DNA of 64,000 nt, from assembly GCA_965208125.1 (NCBI GenBank), contig OZ242320.1:4352001-4416000 (forward strand). Reading direction: 5' to 3'. Below are positions 27,428 to 37,886 of the stretch, in pieces. Below the pieces are notes generated by a model. That model did not search any database. It saw only the letters and a program-made list of their open reading frames with translations, and was not told the origin of the DNA. Position 1 is the first letter of the stretch. Every line of letters starts with the position of its first letter. A program made the translations under genes and the position numbers. The stretch is from Candidatus Latescibacterota bacterium (lineage in GTDB: Bacteria > Latescibacterota > UBA2968).

Positions 27428-27952
27428 TTAGTATTTGATCGCATAGACCTCGACAAATTCGCCGTAGTGCCAGACGTAATACGCCGTGCGATAGTGCGAT
27501 TTGGATCTGCCTGTGCGAGCGGCGCGTTCAATGGCTTCGGGAGGATTGACGATCAGGAGTTTGCTATCGAGACGAAAACGAAAGCCCAGATGCGTGACAA
27601 AGGGCGCGAAGATCACACTGCCTGTTCGCGCGTCAATAACGGCGAGTTGCTGGCATTCTTCGCCACAAAACCACCGCACAATGGTTTGATCGCCCGCAAA
27701 ATTGGGACCGATTTTGGCTCCGTGAATCAAGCGGTCTTTGAATCGAATCGCGCGCGGATGGCTCACGAGATTGACAGGACGCGGTTTGTCTTTGTAAATT
27801 TGGTATTCGGGAATCGCAAACTGTTCAAATTCGGGTTTTTCAGTCACGGGACCAGGAGCGTCGGGTAACTCGAATTCGGGCATACAGGCGATAAAAAACA
27901 AAAACAGGACAGGGGAGATCGCCTGATAGTTTGTGTATTTTGCAATTTTCAT
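27428..27952 (-). CDS. Hypothetical lipoprotein
   Basis: LFLFFIAC lipobox-like segment; GPNFAG...CG..CQ motif. Confidence 0.6.
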   Translation of the reverse strand: MKIAKYTNYQAISPVLFLFFIACMPEFELPDAPGPVTEKPEFEQFAIPEYQIYKDKPRPVNLVSHPRAIRFKDRLIHGAKIGPNFAGDQTIVRWFCGEECQQLAVIDARTGSVIFAPFVTHLGFRFRLDSKLLIVNPPEAIERAARTGRSKSHYRTAYYVWHYGEFVEVYAIKY

Positions 27953-28033
27953 GATGTGAAATATAAGGCTTTTTCGCCAAGTCGCGCTATCATTTACCCA
28001 ATTGAAAACAGATTCAATTTTATGAGGAGATCT

Positions 28034-28987
28034 ATGAGAGACGAACTAAATGCAGTTGTTCAAGCGCACAATTTTTCGGGTGTGGTTCTCGTCGTGAGAT
28101 CGGGCGAGCGATTATTGGCGCAAGGATATGGGATGGCTGACCTGGAAAATAATGTGCCAAATACCCTGCATACCAAATTTCGCATTGGTTCTATAACCAA
28201 GACATTTACTGCAATGGCGGTGATGATATTGGCTGAGCAGGGCAAACTTCAAATAGACAATTTGCTCTCTGAGCATTTACCGGACATTCCCGATCACTGG
28301 ACCGAGATCACATTACACCATCTGCTGAGCAATACGGCGGGGATTATGCACGTGTGGGAACTGCCTGGTTTTTCCGATACCATGTCGCTGAAAGCAACCT
28401 CTGCTGAGACAATTCAAAAAGTTGCGGATCAGCCCCTCGTGGCGCCGCCGGGCACAAAATATCACTATAGTGGAACGGGATTTTTTGTATTGTCGCGAGT
28501 GATCGAAAAAGTGTCGGGTCAATCATATCAGGCTTTTTTGAAAGCGCACATATTTGACCCGTTAAAAATGGCCGATACGGGATGCGATCATCCCGATCCA
28601 ATTTTACCACATCGCGCACGCGGGTATGCCCCTGAGGGGAATGGCGTGATCAATTCGCCGATGATCTATATGCCGATTCTGACCGGTGGGGGAAATTTGT
28701 ATTCCACAGTGGAAGATCTGGCGAAGTGGGATGCCGCGCTCGGCGATGGCAAACTGATTTCACAGGCATCTTACCGGCAGATGTTTACGCCGGTGTTGAA
28801 CAATTACGCCTGCGGCTGGCGCGTGGAGGACAATGGATCTGTCAGGCACGGCGGTAGCGTATCGGGATTCAACACAGTTTTGTTGCGATTTTTAGATGAC
28901 GCGGTTTGTATTATTGTTTTGAGCAATGTGAACCCCGCCCCTGTAAAATCCATTGCGCAACAACTCGCGGCGGTTGTGTTTGCCTGA
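28034..28987 (+). CDS. Serine hydrolase, beta-lactamase family
   Basis: FRIGSITK (SxxK), YHYS, HGG motifs. Confidence 0.92.
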   Translation: MRDELNAVVQAHNFSGVVLVVRSGERLLAQGYGMADLENNVPNTLHTKFRIGSITKTFTAMAVMILAEQGKLQIDNLLSEHLPDIPDHWTEITLHHLLSNTAGIMHVWELPGFSDTMSLKATSAETIQKVADQPLVAPPGTKYHYSGTGFFVLSRVIEKVSGQSYQAFLKAHIFDPLKMADTGCDHPDPILPHRARGYAPEGNGVINSPMIYMPILTGGGNLYSTVEDLAKWDAALGDGKLISQASYRQMFTPVLNNYACGWRVEDNGSVRHGGSVSGFNTVLLRFLDDAVCIIVLSNVNPAPVKSIAQQLAAVVFA

Positions 28988-29080
28988 GCAACACCGCTGA
29001 GTAGCGCGCGTTGCTTGACTCCCCACAATCCATTGGGTACATTTGCATACCATTTATGTCCTGATCCAAAGGAGCTTGTT

Positions 29081-30160
29081 ATGAGCAGCACATTTGGTCG
29101 CGCGTTTCGCATCACCACCTGGGGGGAGTCACACGGTGGTGGCGTTGGCGTTGTATTAGATGGATGCCCGGCTGGCCTGGAGATCGGCGAAGAAGATATC
29201 CAGATTGAACTTGATCGCCGCAAACCGGGCCAGAGCAAGATTACCACACAACGCAAAGAAGAAGACCAGATAGAAATCCACTCGGGTCTTTTTGAGGGCA
29301 AAACCCTTGGCACGCCTATCTCGATGATGGTGTGGAATCAGGATGCGCGTTCCAAAGATTACGAAGAAATACGCACCAAATACCGCCCTTCGCACGCCGA
29401 TTACACGTATGAACAAAAATACGGTATTCGCAACTGGAAAGGTGGGGGCAGAGCCAGTGCGCGCGAGACAATCGGCCGCGTTGCCGCAGGTGCGATTGCG
29501 CGCAAATTGCTCAAACGCGATTGCAATATCGATATTATCGCTTATGTGCGCCAGGTTCACACCCTTGTTGCCAGTGTCGATCCCGTCAGGGTTACTCGCG
29601 AGCAAGTCGAGTCGAATATCGCCCGCGTGCCCGATGCCGAGATTGCCGAGCGAATCATTCAGCGCATCGATGCCGCCCGCAAAGATGGCGACTCTCTCGG
29701 TGGTGTGGTCGAGGCCGTTGCCCATCGCGTTCCTCCCGGCTGGGGCGAACCCGTCTTTGACAAACTCGAGGCCGACCTCGCAAAATCCATGCTTTCACTG
29801 CCCGCCTGCAAGGGTTTCGAATCCGGCTCTGGTTTTGGCGGTATTGCGATGACCGGCTCTGCCCACAACGATCCCTTTTACAACGATGGCAGCGGCATTC
29901 ACACGCGCACAAATTATTCCGGCGGCATTCAGGGCGGTATCTCCAACGGTGAACCCATCGTCATTCGCGCAGCTTTTAAGCCGACTGCCACAATTTTAGC
30001 CGAGCAAGAAACCGTCGATATCCACGGCAATCCCACCACGCTCAAAGGGCGCGGTAGGCACGACCCCTGCGTCTTACCCCGCGCAGTCCCCATTGTCGAA
30101 GCGATGATGGCACTCGTGCTGGCGGACCACTATTTGCGCCAGCGTGGACAACGAGGTTAA
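29081..30160 (+). CDS. aroC: Chorismate synthase
   Basis: GESHG, RPSHAD, ASARET, GRHDPC. Confidence 0.98.
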   Translation: MSSTFGRAFRITTWGESHGGGVGVVLDGCPAGLEIGEEDIQIELDRRKPGQSKITTQRKEEDQIEIHSGLFEGKTLGTPISMMVWNQDARSKDYEEIRTKYRPSHADYTYEQKYGIRNWKGGGRASARETIGRVAAGAIARKLLKRDCNIDIIAYVRQVHTLVASVDPVRVTREQVESNIARVPDAEIAERIIQRIDAARKDGDSLGGVVEAVAHRVPPGWGEPVFDKLEADLAKSMLSLPACKGFESGSGFGGIAMTGSAHNDPFYNDGSGIHTRTNYSGGIQGGISNGEPIVIRAAFKPTATILAEQETVDIHGNPTTLKGRGRHDPCVLPRAVPIVEAMMALVLADHYLRQRGQRG

Positions 30161-30181
30161 TCAATTTGATAGGAGATTCCA

Positions 30182-30439
30182 ATGAAAACGATCCAATTGT
30201 CCAACGCAATTTTGGAAAAACTCGGTGAACTGCGTCAAGCAGGCGGATACGAAACCATCACGCAAGGTTTGGAAAAGGCCGTTGATCATCATCTTTTGGA
30301 ATTGCGCCGTCAAAGGGCAGAGAAGACGACAAAAAAAATAAAAAAAAAGTTAAAAGAAAAAGGGTTGACAGAAGATGATATTCTCAAAGACTTTGAAATA
30401 TTTCGTGAGAAATTGAGGCAAGAGAATGCTGCGCCTTGA
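30182..30439 (+). CDS. Putative antitoxin
   Basis: Small charged protein overlapping the downstream PIN gene. Confidence 0.55.
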   Translation: MKTIQLSNAILEKLGELRQAGGYETITQGLEKAVDHHLLELRRQRAEKTTKKIKKKLKEKGLTEDDILKDFEIFREKLRQENAAP

Positions 30440-30844
30440 ACTCGCAGTCGATGCAAATCCATTAGTTTCTGCACTCATGGATGGACAAGCATTAAAATTG
30501 TTGTTCAGTCCATTGTTTTATTTTTTACCACAGAACGCACAACATGGGAGGTTAAAAGATATATTTCTGTTATTTCAGAACGACTTGGAATCGCGGAAAT
30601 TGAAATATTCAATACATTCGAAGGCTTTCCCATTATGGCTTATCAATCAAATCACTATAGCTCTACTCTTAGTCGCGCAACAAACGCGATTGGGCATCGT
30701 GACGCCAAAGATATAGATATTCTCGCTCTCGCATATCATCTCAGAATACCTCTGTGGACTCATGATCTCGATCTAATAGAAATCGAAGATATTCAAACTG
30801 TTACGACACAGGATTTGCTCACCATCATAACTACAAATGAATAG
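30426..30844 (+). pseudogene. PIN-domain toxin, frameshifted at a T6 run (30521-30526)
   Basis: AVDANPLVSAL in one frame; RDAKDIDILALA..L.IPLWTHD.D in the -1 frame. Confidence 0.75.
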
Positions 30845-32495
30845 TCAAATGATCGATTCCCAAATTTTCACCTGTATTAAAAATGCGAACGCTCACACCT
30901 ATCGCTTTCCGTGGCGAAATTTTACGCATCTATTAAAAGATCGCGCAGAGCATCAGCCAGATAAACCCGCGTTGATCTTTTGCGATTGCGATACGGATGC
31001 TCGCAGGGTTATTACCTATTCCGAATTTGAACGCCTCACCGCCGCGCTTGCAGGTCTGATGTACCGCGAATACGGTATAAGATGCGGAGATTGCGTCGGT
31101 CTTGCCTTGCCCAATTGTGCAGAAATTCCCCTGCTCACCCTTGCCCTTTTTCGCCTCGGCGCAACTTCTATTCCTCTCGATATTGCCAAAGATGTTCCCG
31201 AGCGCAAGCGCTACAAACTGCAGAATGCTGGAGCCAGGCTGCTCGTTGTTTTGCCCGAACATGCAGAAATTCAACGGCGCGTATTACCCGATATCCAGAT
31301 TGCGACGACAGAGCAGTTGCTCGCCGACGATGGATATGACGCAGTGGATATCGAACCTGAGTGGTCTGGCGATCCAGAAGGAGAACAACACACCAGTATT
31401 GCGCTGTACACATCGGGTACAACAGGTCATCCCAAAGGCGCGTGTATTACCCGACAAAGCCTCACATCCAATGCCGATGGTATCATTCGCTGGCTCGGAT
31501 TTGATGCACGCGAACGCCTCAATCTCGTTTTACCACTTCATCATATTAATTCCACCACGTTCTCGATCACCAGTTTCATGGTGGGGGGGAGCCTTGTGCT
31601 CAATTCGCGCTATAGCGTTTCGGCGTTCTGGCGTATCATATCGCGGGAGCGGGCGACATCTGCAAGTATTGTACCGACGATTATGGCCGATCTACTCGCC
31701 CGCGCCGATGACTTTGAGCGCGAGGGCTATGACATATCTTCACTAAAAAAAATTATGATCGGTTCGGCACCTGTTCAGCCCAATATTGCCTGCCAATTTG
31801 TCGAGAGGTTTGGCGTCCGCCTCGTTCAGGGGTATGGCTCAACCGAAGTCAGTTTGCGCGTTACCGGCGTACCACCCGATTTACCCGATGACCAGTACCG
31901 CGATGTACTCGAACAAAATGCCATTGGTGTTGAACTCGCCAATAACAATATAAGAATTGATGGTGGACGAAACGAAGGTGATGTCGGTGAAATTCTCGTG
32001 CGCGGTCCCGTGGTTGCCAATGGCTACCTCAACCAGCCCGAAGATACTGCCGAAGTTTTTTGCAATGGGTGGTTCCGCAGTGGCGACATGGGGTATTATC
32101 GCGATATGTATAGTCATCGTTTCTACTTTATGCACAGCCGAAAAAAAGAGATCATTATCAAAGGCGGTGTCAATATATCACCTATCGCCGTTGAAAATGC
32201 CCTGCTCGACGCATGTCCAGAACTCGACGCTGTTTATGTGATTGGCCTTCGTCATGACCGGTGGGGGGAAGACGTTTGTGCAGCCGCTATTTTTAGATCT
32301 GGGATCAACGGGGTCAAATCAGCTCGAGATATTCTCAGACGCGGACAAAGCGGCCAAATTCCGGGCCTGAGTACTTACGAAGCCCCTTCTCGCATTATCC
32401 CAATTACATTTGAAGACCGCCCGTTAACCTCTACGGGTAAAGTTCAGCGCAGTGCCCTGCAAGAGATTATCCAAAATCAGATTGACAACGCCTGA
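30837..32495 (+). CDS. AMP-binding acyl-CoA synthetase
   Basis: YTSGTTGHPKG, QGYGSTE, SGDMG, TSTGKV. Confidence 0.93.
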   Translation: MNSQMIDSQIFTCIKNANAHTYRFPWRNFTHLLKDRAEHQPDKPALIFCDCDTDARRVITYSEFERLTAALAGLMYREYGIRCGDCVGLALPNCAEIPLLTLALFRLGATSIPLDIAKDVPERKRYKLQNAGARLLVVLPEHAEIQRRVLPDIQIATTEQLLADDGYDAVDIEPEWSGDPEGEQHTSIALYTSGTTGHPKGACITRQSLTSNADGIIRWLGFDARERLNLVLPLHHINSTTFSITSFMVGGSLVLNSRYSVSAFWRIISRERATSASIVPTIMADLLARADDFEREGYDISSLKKIMIGSAPVQPNIACQFVERFGVRLVQGYGSTEVSLRVTGVPPDLPDDQYRDVLEQNAIGVELANNNIRIDGGRNEGDVGEILVRGPVVANGYLNQPEDTAEVFCNGWFRSGDMGYYRDMYSHRFYFMHSRKKEIIIKGGVNISPIAVENALLDACPELDAVYVIGLRHDRWGEDVCAAAIFRSGINGVKSARDILRRGQSGQIPGLSTYEAPSRIIPITFEDRPLTSTGKVQRSALQEIIQNQIDNA

Positions 32496-32586
32496 ACCCC
32501 TGTCTGCGATTGACACAATTTGTCTGGTGTATTATATACCTGATACATTGATTGCTCGGTGGGGGAACTGACGATTGGCTGCTGAC

Positions 32587-32614
32587 GTACGGGCGGGTTT
32601 GAAACCCGCCCTTT
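32587..32614 (+). repeat. REP-like palindrome
   Basis: GTACGGGCGGGTTTGAAACCCGCCC, similar to GTAG-type REPs. Confidence 0.55.
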
Positions 32615-32630
32615 CACTGACCACTTTCCG

Positions 32631-32960
32631 GTGATTGTCATGGTGCGTATTCTTCTCCTTCTATTTCGTCTCTTGCGCGTACGCGGTGTTTTATCAATCA
32701 TCTCTCGACTCCCAAAATACTTGCGTCTTACCTGGCGACTTTTATGGGATTCCCGCATACCCTTATTGCCCAAAGTGTTTGTCGTTTTAACCATTTTATA
32801 CGGGCTTTCTCCTTTTGATATTATCCCAGAGGCGATTCTTCCGCATATCGGATTGGGAGATGACATCGTGTTTGTTATCCTGTCTATTCGCAATTTGATC
32901 GCGGCCAGCCCGCAGAATATCGTTCAGGAGCACGCCCGCAAGATTGCAGAGAAGTCGTGA
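32631..32960 (+). CDS. DUF1232/YkvA family membrane protein
   Basis: Y.LSPFDIIPE...IGLGDD motif. Confidence 0.85.
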   Translation: MIVMVRILLLLFRLLRVRGVLSIISRLPKYLRLTWRLLWDSRIPLLPKVFVVLTILYGLSPFDIIPEAILPHIGLGDDIVFVILSIRNLIAASPQNIVQEHARKIAEKS

Positions 32961-32963
32961 TTT

Positions 32964-34058
32964 ATGTCCCGCATGGATTTCAAAACTCAGATCGCTGCCG
33001 ATCTTCTGACCTGGTATCGCGAGCACAAACGCGATTTGCCATGGCGACAGACAGACGATCCCTATCGCATTCTGCTGTCCGAATTTATGCTCCAGCAAAC
33101 GCAGGTCGATACTGTTATTCCCTATTACCATCGCTTTCTCGACCGATTTCCCACGGTTTTCGACCTCGCCAATGCCTCACTGGATGATGTCCTCAAAGCC
33201 TGGGAGGGATTGGGCTATTACGCTCGCGCCCGCAATTTGCACAAAGCCGCGCATTCTATTGCCACAGATTTTGGCGGTACAGTGCCCGATACTTACGACG
33301 AACTCAAATCCCTGCCCGGGTTTGGACCTTATACCACAGCCGCAGTTTTGAGCATTGCTTATGATCGCGACCATGCCGTGCTCGATGGCAATGTTATTCG
33401 CGTTGTCACGCGTCTCTTTGATATTGGTGACGACGTCACGCAAACCCGCGTCAAAAATCAATTGTGGAACCTCGCCCAGACCATGTTGCCAAAAGGTGAA
33501 GCAGGTATCTATAATCAGGCGATTATGGAACTCGGTGCAATGGTCTGTACTGCCAAAAACCCGGTGTGCGATCAGTGCCCTGTGCAAGAATACTGTGCAG
33601 CGTACAGAGCGGGCAATCCTCAGCGTCTGCCCGTCAAAGCTAAAAAGAAACCACGCCCCCATCATACGCTGTGCGCGGGTATTGTGTGGCACAATGGCAA
33701 AGTGCTCATTACCCAACGCCCACAAAACGGCTTGCTCGGCGGGCTTTGGGAATTTCCCGCAGGAACGCAACGGGATGGGGAATCTTTGCAAGATACTTGC
33801 AGGCGCAGTATAAGAGAAACCGCGGGTATCGACGTCAAAATTGACGATCGGTACCGCACCGTCAAGCACGCTTTTACGCACTTCAGTATCACCTTGCACA
33901 CTTTCCAGTGTCATTATGTCAAGGGCAGGGCGCGTCCACTCCTGTGTGACAATCTCGCATGGATTATGCGTGCCGATTTCAACGCTTATGCTTTTTCTCG
34001 CACCAGCCGCAAACTTATTGAATATCTACAACAAGATGTCCAAACCAGCCTTTTTTGA
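32964..34058 (+). CDS. mutY: A/G-specific adenine glycosylase
   Basis: SEFMLQQTQ, GLGYYARARN, LDGNV, Fe-S cysteines, GLWEFP. Confidence 0.97.
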   Translation: MSRMDFKTQIAADLLTWYREHKRDLPWRQTDDPYRILLSEFMLQQTQVDTVIPYYHRFLDRFPTVFDLANASLDDVLKAWEGLGYYARARNLHKAAHSIATDFGGTVPDTYDELKSLPGFGPYTTAAVLSIAYDRDHAVLDGNVIRVVTRLFDIGDDVTQTRVKNQLWNLAQTMLPKGEAGIYNQAIMELGAMVCTAKNPVCDQCPVQEYCAAYRAGNPQRLPVKAKKKPRPHHTLCAGIVWHNGKVLITQRPQNGLLGGLWEFPAGTQRDGESLQDTCRRSIRETAGIDVKIDDRYRTVKHAFTHFSITLHTFQCHYVKGRARPLLCDNLAWIMRADFNAYAFSRTSRKLIEYLQQDVQTSLF

Positions 34059-34085
34059 TTTGAACACAGTCTCTGGGAGGGTTTC

Positions 34086-34904
34086 ATGAAACTCGAAAAC
34101 AAAATCGCGCTCATCACGGGTGCCGGATCGGGCATTGGCAAAGCCATTGCGCTCGAAATGGGCAATGAAGGCGCGCATATTGCCGTTAACGATCTCACTG
34201 CCGAAACAGCCGAGACCACTGCGCACCAGATCGAAGATCTCGGACGCGAGGCTCTCGTCATCCCCGCAGATGTGGCTGACTCGGAGCAGGTCGAGAATAT
34301 GGTTCAGCAGACGCTCAATCGATTTGGACGCATCGATATTCTGGTCAATAATGCCGGTGTGTACATTCCTCAAGATGGCGGTGTTACAGCTATTACAGAC
34401 GAAGCGTGGCAGCGCATTCTCGATGTCAATCTCAATGGGCCTTTTTATTGTAGTCGCGCTGTTGTCAAAGACATGATAGCGCGCAAGCAGGGCGGCAAAA
34501 TTATCAATATTTCGTCTGTGCAGGCCGAAGTCGCGCATTTTGACGCTTCTGCCTATCAGCCTTCTAAAGCCGCCGTGGTTATGCTCACGAGAACCCTTGC
34601 GGTGGAACTCGCTCCTTACAAAATTAATGTCAATGCCATTGGTCCGGGTGCTATTGCATCCGAAGGTATGGGCGCTTCACTCGGTCCTGAAGTTATCGAA
34701 GCCTACCGCAAACGCATCCCCTGGGGTGCTCGAGGATATACCCGCGATATTGGCACTGTCGCCGCCTTTCTCGCTTCGGAAGATGCGCGCTATATCACGG
34801 GCCAAAACATCTATGTCGATGGCGGTTATTTGTCTGACAGCACACCGACGGAGCTAAAATCGCAAGATCATCCCGTTTCACCAGACGACCCGGATCCGAA
34901 ATAA
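34086..34904 (+). CDS. SDR family oxidoreductase
   Basis: TGAGSGIG, NNAG, YQPSK. Confidence 0.93.
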   Translation: MKLENKIALITGAGSGIGKAIALEMGNEGAHIAVNDLTAETAETTAHQIEDLGREALVIPADVADSEQVENMVQQTLNRFGRIDILVNNAGVYIPQDGGVTAITDEAWQRILDVNLNGPFYCSRAVVKDMIARKQGGKIINISSVQAEVAHFDASAYQPSKAAVVMLTRTLAVELAPYKINVNAIGPGAIASEGMGASLGPEVIEAYRKRIPWGARGYTRDIGTVAAFLASEDARYITGQNIYVDGGYLSDSTPTELKSQDHPVSPDDPDPK

Positions 34905-34905
34905 T

Positions 34906-35652
34906 ATGATTCCCAAAAATCTCACCAATAGAACGGCCATTATCACCGGTGCCGCACAGGGTATTGGAAAAGCGATTGCTATACGCCTTGCTGGAGCCGG
35001 TGCAACTGTGGCGATTGTCGATCTCAATCTGGACAGCGCGCGCAAAACAGCTCGAGAAATCGGGGCAGATGCATTGGCTTTACCGCTCGATGTTGCAAAT
35101 GCCGAGCGTGTGCAGAATACCATTGATGAATGTCTCAATACATGGGGACGTATTGATATTCTCGTCAACAACGCGGGCATTGTGGGGCGCGATGTGCCTG
35201 TCAAAGATCTCACAGAAGGGGACTGGGACCAGGTTCTCGATATCAATCTCAAGGGAACTTTTTTGTGCTCGCGCGCCGTAATCGCGCCTATGCTCAACCA
35301 AAAAAAAGGCGCTATCGTCTCGGTTGCCTCCATAGCAGGCAAAGAAGGCAATCCCAGCATGGCACCCTATTCGGTCTCTAAAGCGGGTATTATATGTTTT
35401 ACCAAGGTCTTGGCTAAAGAACATCTCCAGGACAATATTCGCGTCAATTGCGTCTCGCCAGCTCTGATCGAAACCCCACTTTTGGCAGATGTGGAGCCAG
35501 AGCAACTCGATTACATGACTTCCAAAATTCCCCTCGGTCGCCTCGGCCAGCCAGAAGAAGTCGCCGCTGTTGTTCACTTTCTCGCATCCGACGATGCTTC
35601 TTTTGTGACCGGGCAGTGTTATGATGTCAGCGGTGGCAGGGCGACGTATTGA
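34906..35652 (+). CDS. SDR family oxidoreductase
   Basis: TGAAQGIG, NNAG, YSVSK, DVSGGRATY. Confidence 0.93.
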   Translation: MIPKNLTNRTAIITGAAQGIGKAIAIRLAGAGATVAIVDLNLDSARKTAREIGADALALPLDVANAERVQNTIDECLNTWGRIDILVNNAGIVGRDVPVKDLTEGDWDQVLDINLKGTFLCSRAVIAPMLNQKKGAIVSVASIAGKEGNPSMAPYSVSKAGIICFTKVLAKEHLQDNIRVNCVSPALIETPLLADVEPEQLDYMTSKIPLGRLGQPEEVAAVVHFLASDDASFVTGQCYDVSGGRATY

Positions 35653-35658
35653 TAGGAT

Positions 35659-35823
35659 TTACCCGAGAGGTCGCGCGCTGAATACTTCTCTCAAATAGAG
35701 AACGACCCACCCGATAGCCGTCACTGCTATCGCAACGCCCACGGCAATCAGACACAGCAGCCACCCCGGAGTTCGGGCATCTGGATCGTGATAGGGGTTT
35801 CGTCGGGAATCGTCCCAGCGCAT
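35659..35823 (-). CDS. Small single-pass membrane protein (54 aa)
   Basis: Manual translation MRWDDSRRNPYHDPDARTPGWLLCLIAVGVAIAVTAIGWVVLYLREVFSARPLG; below the ORF-track cutoff. Confidence 0.45.
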   Translation of the reverse strand: MRWDDSRRNPYHDPDARTPGWLLCLIAVGVAIAVTAIGWVVLYLREVFSARPLG

Positions 35824-35850
35824 GGTCGTGTCCTGAGTTGTATCAGCAAT

Positions 35851-36291
35851 TTATTGATTTAAATCTTCTGAAAATTCAGTGCCTTCAGGTACGTCTGTAT
35901 CGCTTTCAAAGCAGATACTAAATCCATCCGGGTCGTTCAATGAAACAACCCACGTTCCGTTTCCCACAAAGGGATTCGATACCTCGATACCTCGATGCTT
36001 GATTCTGCGATAGATCGTCAGGGCATCTTCGCACATGAATACAATCGATACGCCTTCGCCCACTTTTCCTTCGGGCATCCATGAATTGCGTCCCTCCTTT
36101 CGGTATTCTTGTAACATCAGCGCAGCGCCCCCGCATTGGAGCCAGCACCAGCGCAGCTTCCCATCCGGTGCCCATTTATGGATCATTTCAAATCCGAGAC
36201 CATCGACATAGAAGCGGACAGACGCTTTGATGTTTGATACCGAAAAGAATGGGATCGCCTGTTTGACATTTGGTTTTGCTTCAACGGTCAT
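35851..36291 (-). CDS. VOC/glyoxalase family protein
   Basis: SVRFYVDGLGF, DPDGF. Confidence 0.88.
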   Translation of the reverse strand: MTVEAKPNVKQAIPFFSVSNIKASVRFYVDGLGFEMIHKWAPDGKLRWCWLQCGGAALMLQEYRKEGRNSWMPEGKVGEGVSIVFMCEDALTIYRRIKHRGIEVSNPFVGNGTWVVSLNDPDGFSICFESDTDVPEGTEFSEDLNQ

Positions 36292-36321
36292 TATTTGCTC
36301 CTTATGTTTTCCGGAGTGTAG

Positions 36322-36480
36322 TTATTGGAAGATGTAAAATTCCGCAATGTCGGGATCAATGCCGCGCACATAGAGCAATAAAATTATTGCGAGAATAATA
36401 AAGATAGCGACGCAGAGGAGGACAAATCCATGTTTTTGATACCACCATTTGGGGCGGGGGGGAATGTCGGGATCATTCAT
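36322..36480 (-). CDS. Small single-pass membrane protein (52 aa)
   Basis: MNDPDIPPRPKWWYQKHGFVLLCVAIFIILAIILLLYVRG...; ATGA overlap with the rdgB stop. Confidence 0.55.
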   Translation of the reverse strand: MNDPDIPPRPKWWYQKHGFVLLCVAIFIILAIILLLYVRGIDPDIAEFYIFQ

Positions 36481-37082
36481 GGTATAGGTGCTCTAAAGAG
36501 GTCGAGGATGAGAGGCAAGATGGCGCGCAAAGCCTGGCCCCGGTGGCTGATGCGATTTTTTTCGTCAGAAGATAGTTCGGCGGAAGTACAGTTGTGGGTG
36601 GGGATGAAAAAGAGCGGGTCGTAACCAAAGCCATTCTCGCCCCGGGGTGTTGTGAGGATGCGGCCCTTCCAGATAGCTTCGGAGGTCTGTACGCGGCCAT
36701 CAGGTGAGGCGAGAGCCATCGCACAGCAGAAGTGTGCGGTGCGATGGCTCTCGGGAATGTCGCGCAGGTTTTCGATGAGTTTGGCATTATTTGCTTCATC
36801 TGTGGCATTTTCCCCAGAGTAACGCGCAGAATACACGCCGGGTGCGCCGTTTAAGGCGTCAACCACAAGGCCAGAGTCATCAGCCAAAGCAGGCAAGCCC
36901 GTGTATTTTGCAATTTCACGGGCTTTTTTTTGGGCATTGGCTTCAAAGGTGTCTCCGTCTTCGGTCACTTCGGGCGCATTGGGAAATGCATCGAGCGATA
37001 CGACCTGAATATCAGAGCCGAGCATGTCCTGGATTTCCCTGCGTTTGCCCTGATTGCGGGTGGCGAGTATGAGGGTAGGCAT
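36477..37082 (-). CDS. rdgB: Non-canonical purine NTP pyrophosphatase
   Basis: ATRNQGK, ADDSGL, GFGYDP, KNRISHR. Confidence 0.96.
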   Translation of the reverse strand: MPTLILATRNQGKRREIQDMLGSDIQVVSLDAFPNAPEVTEDGDTFEANAQKKAREIAKYTGLPALADDSGLVVDALNGAPGVYSARYSGENATDEANNAKLIENLRDIPESHRTAHFCCAMALASPDGRVQTSEAIWKGRILTTPRGENGFGYDPLFFIPTHNCTSAELSSDEKNRISHRGQALRAILPLILDLFRAPIP

Positions 37083-37159
37083 GGGTTTGAAGTGTGAAGT
37101 TTGAAGTGTGAAGGAAGAAGGGAGAAATTCACCCGGCTTTGTAGGGTAACTGACTACTA

Positions 37160-37873
37160 TTATGCCAAAACATCACGCTGGAGTTGCGTGATTTCGGAGA
37201 TGCCCTTTTGGGCGAGGGCGACCAGGTGTTGCATCTGGTCGAATGTGAAGGGGTTTCCTTCGGCTGTGCCCTGTACCTCGACAAAGTTGCCCTGACCGGT
37301 CATGACGATATTCATATCCACTTCTGCAGTTGCATCTTCGGCATAACACAAATCGAGCATGGGGGTATTGCCAATGATGCCCACGCTAACGGCGGCAACG
37401 GAATCCCCAAGAGGATTTTTGGTAATACTACCCTCATTTTTGAGCTTGTTAATCGCATCGATGACTGCAACATAAGCTCCCGAGATTGAGGCTGTGCGGG
37501 TGCCGCCGTCGGCCTGTAACACATCGCAGTCGATCCAGAGGGTGCGCGAGCCGAGTTTTTTCAGATCGATCACGGCGCGCAGTGCGCGGCCAATTAAGCG
37601 TTGAATTTCTTGGGTTCGGCCCTTAGTACCGCGCGTTTCGCGCTCGCTACGCGTATGGGTTGAACGGGGCAACATGGCGTATTCCGCCGTGATCCAACCC
37701 GTGTTTTTACCCACGAGAAAATGGGGTACGCGGTTTTCAACACTCACTGTGCATATAACGTGTGTGTCACCCATTTTGATCAGTGCCGATCCCTCGGCGT
37801 GTTTCATAAATCCGCGTTCAATACTCACGGGACGCAATTGATCTGGGTGGCGTCCATCAATGCGCTGGGTCAT
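37160..37873 (-). CDS. rph: Ribonuclease PH
   Basis: [30 protein letters not shown]. Confidence 0.97.
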   Translation of the reverse strand: MTQRIDGRHPDQLRPVSIERGFMKHAEGSALIKMGDTHVICTVSVENRVPHFLVGKNTGWITAEYAMLPRSTHTRSERETRGTKGRTQEIQRLIGRALRAVIDLKKLGSRTLWIDCDVLQADGGTRTASISGAYVAVIDAINKLKNEGSITKNPLGDSVAAVSVGIIGNTPMLDLCYAEDATAEVDMNIVMTGQGNFVEVQGTAEGNPFTFDQMQHLVALAQKGISEITQLQRDVLA

Positions 37874-37886
37874 AAATGCTCCTTTG

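Noticed and set aside
37086-37115. Heptamer repeats (TGAAGTG/TGAAGTT; similar purine-rich run at 17944-17975)
   Set aside because: Short intergenic simple repeats with no supportable function
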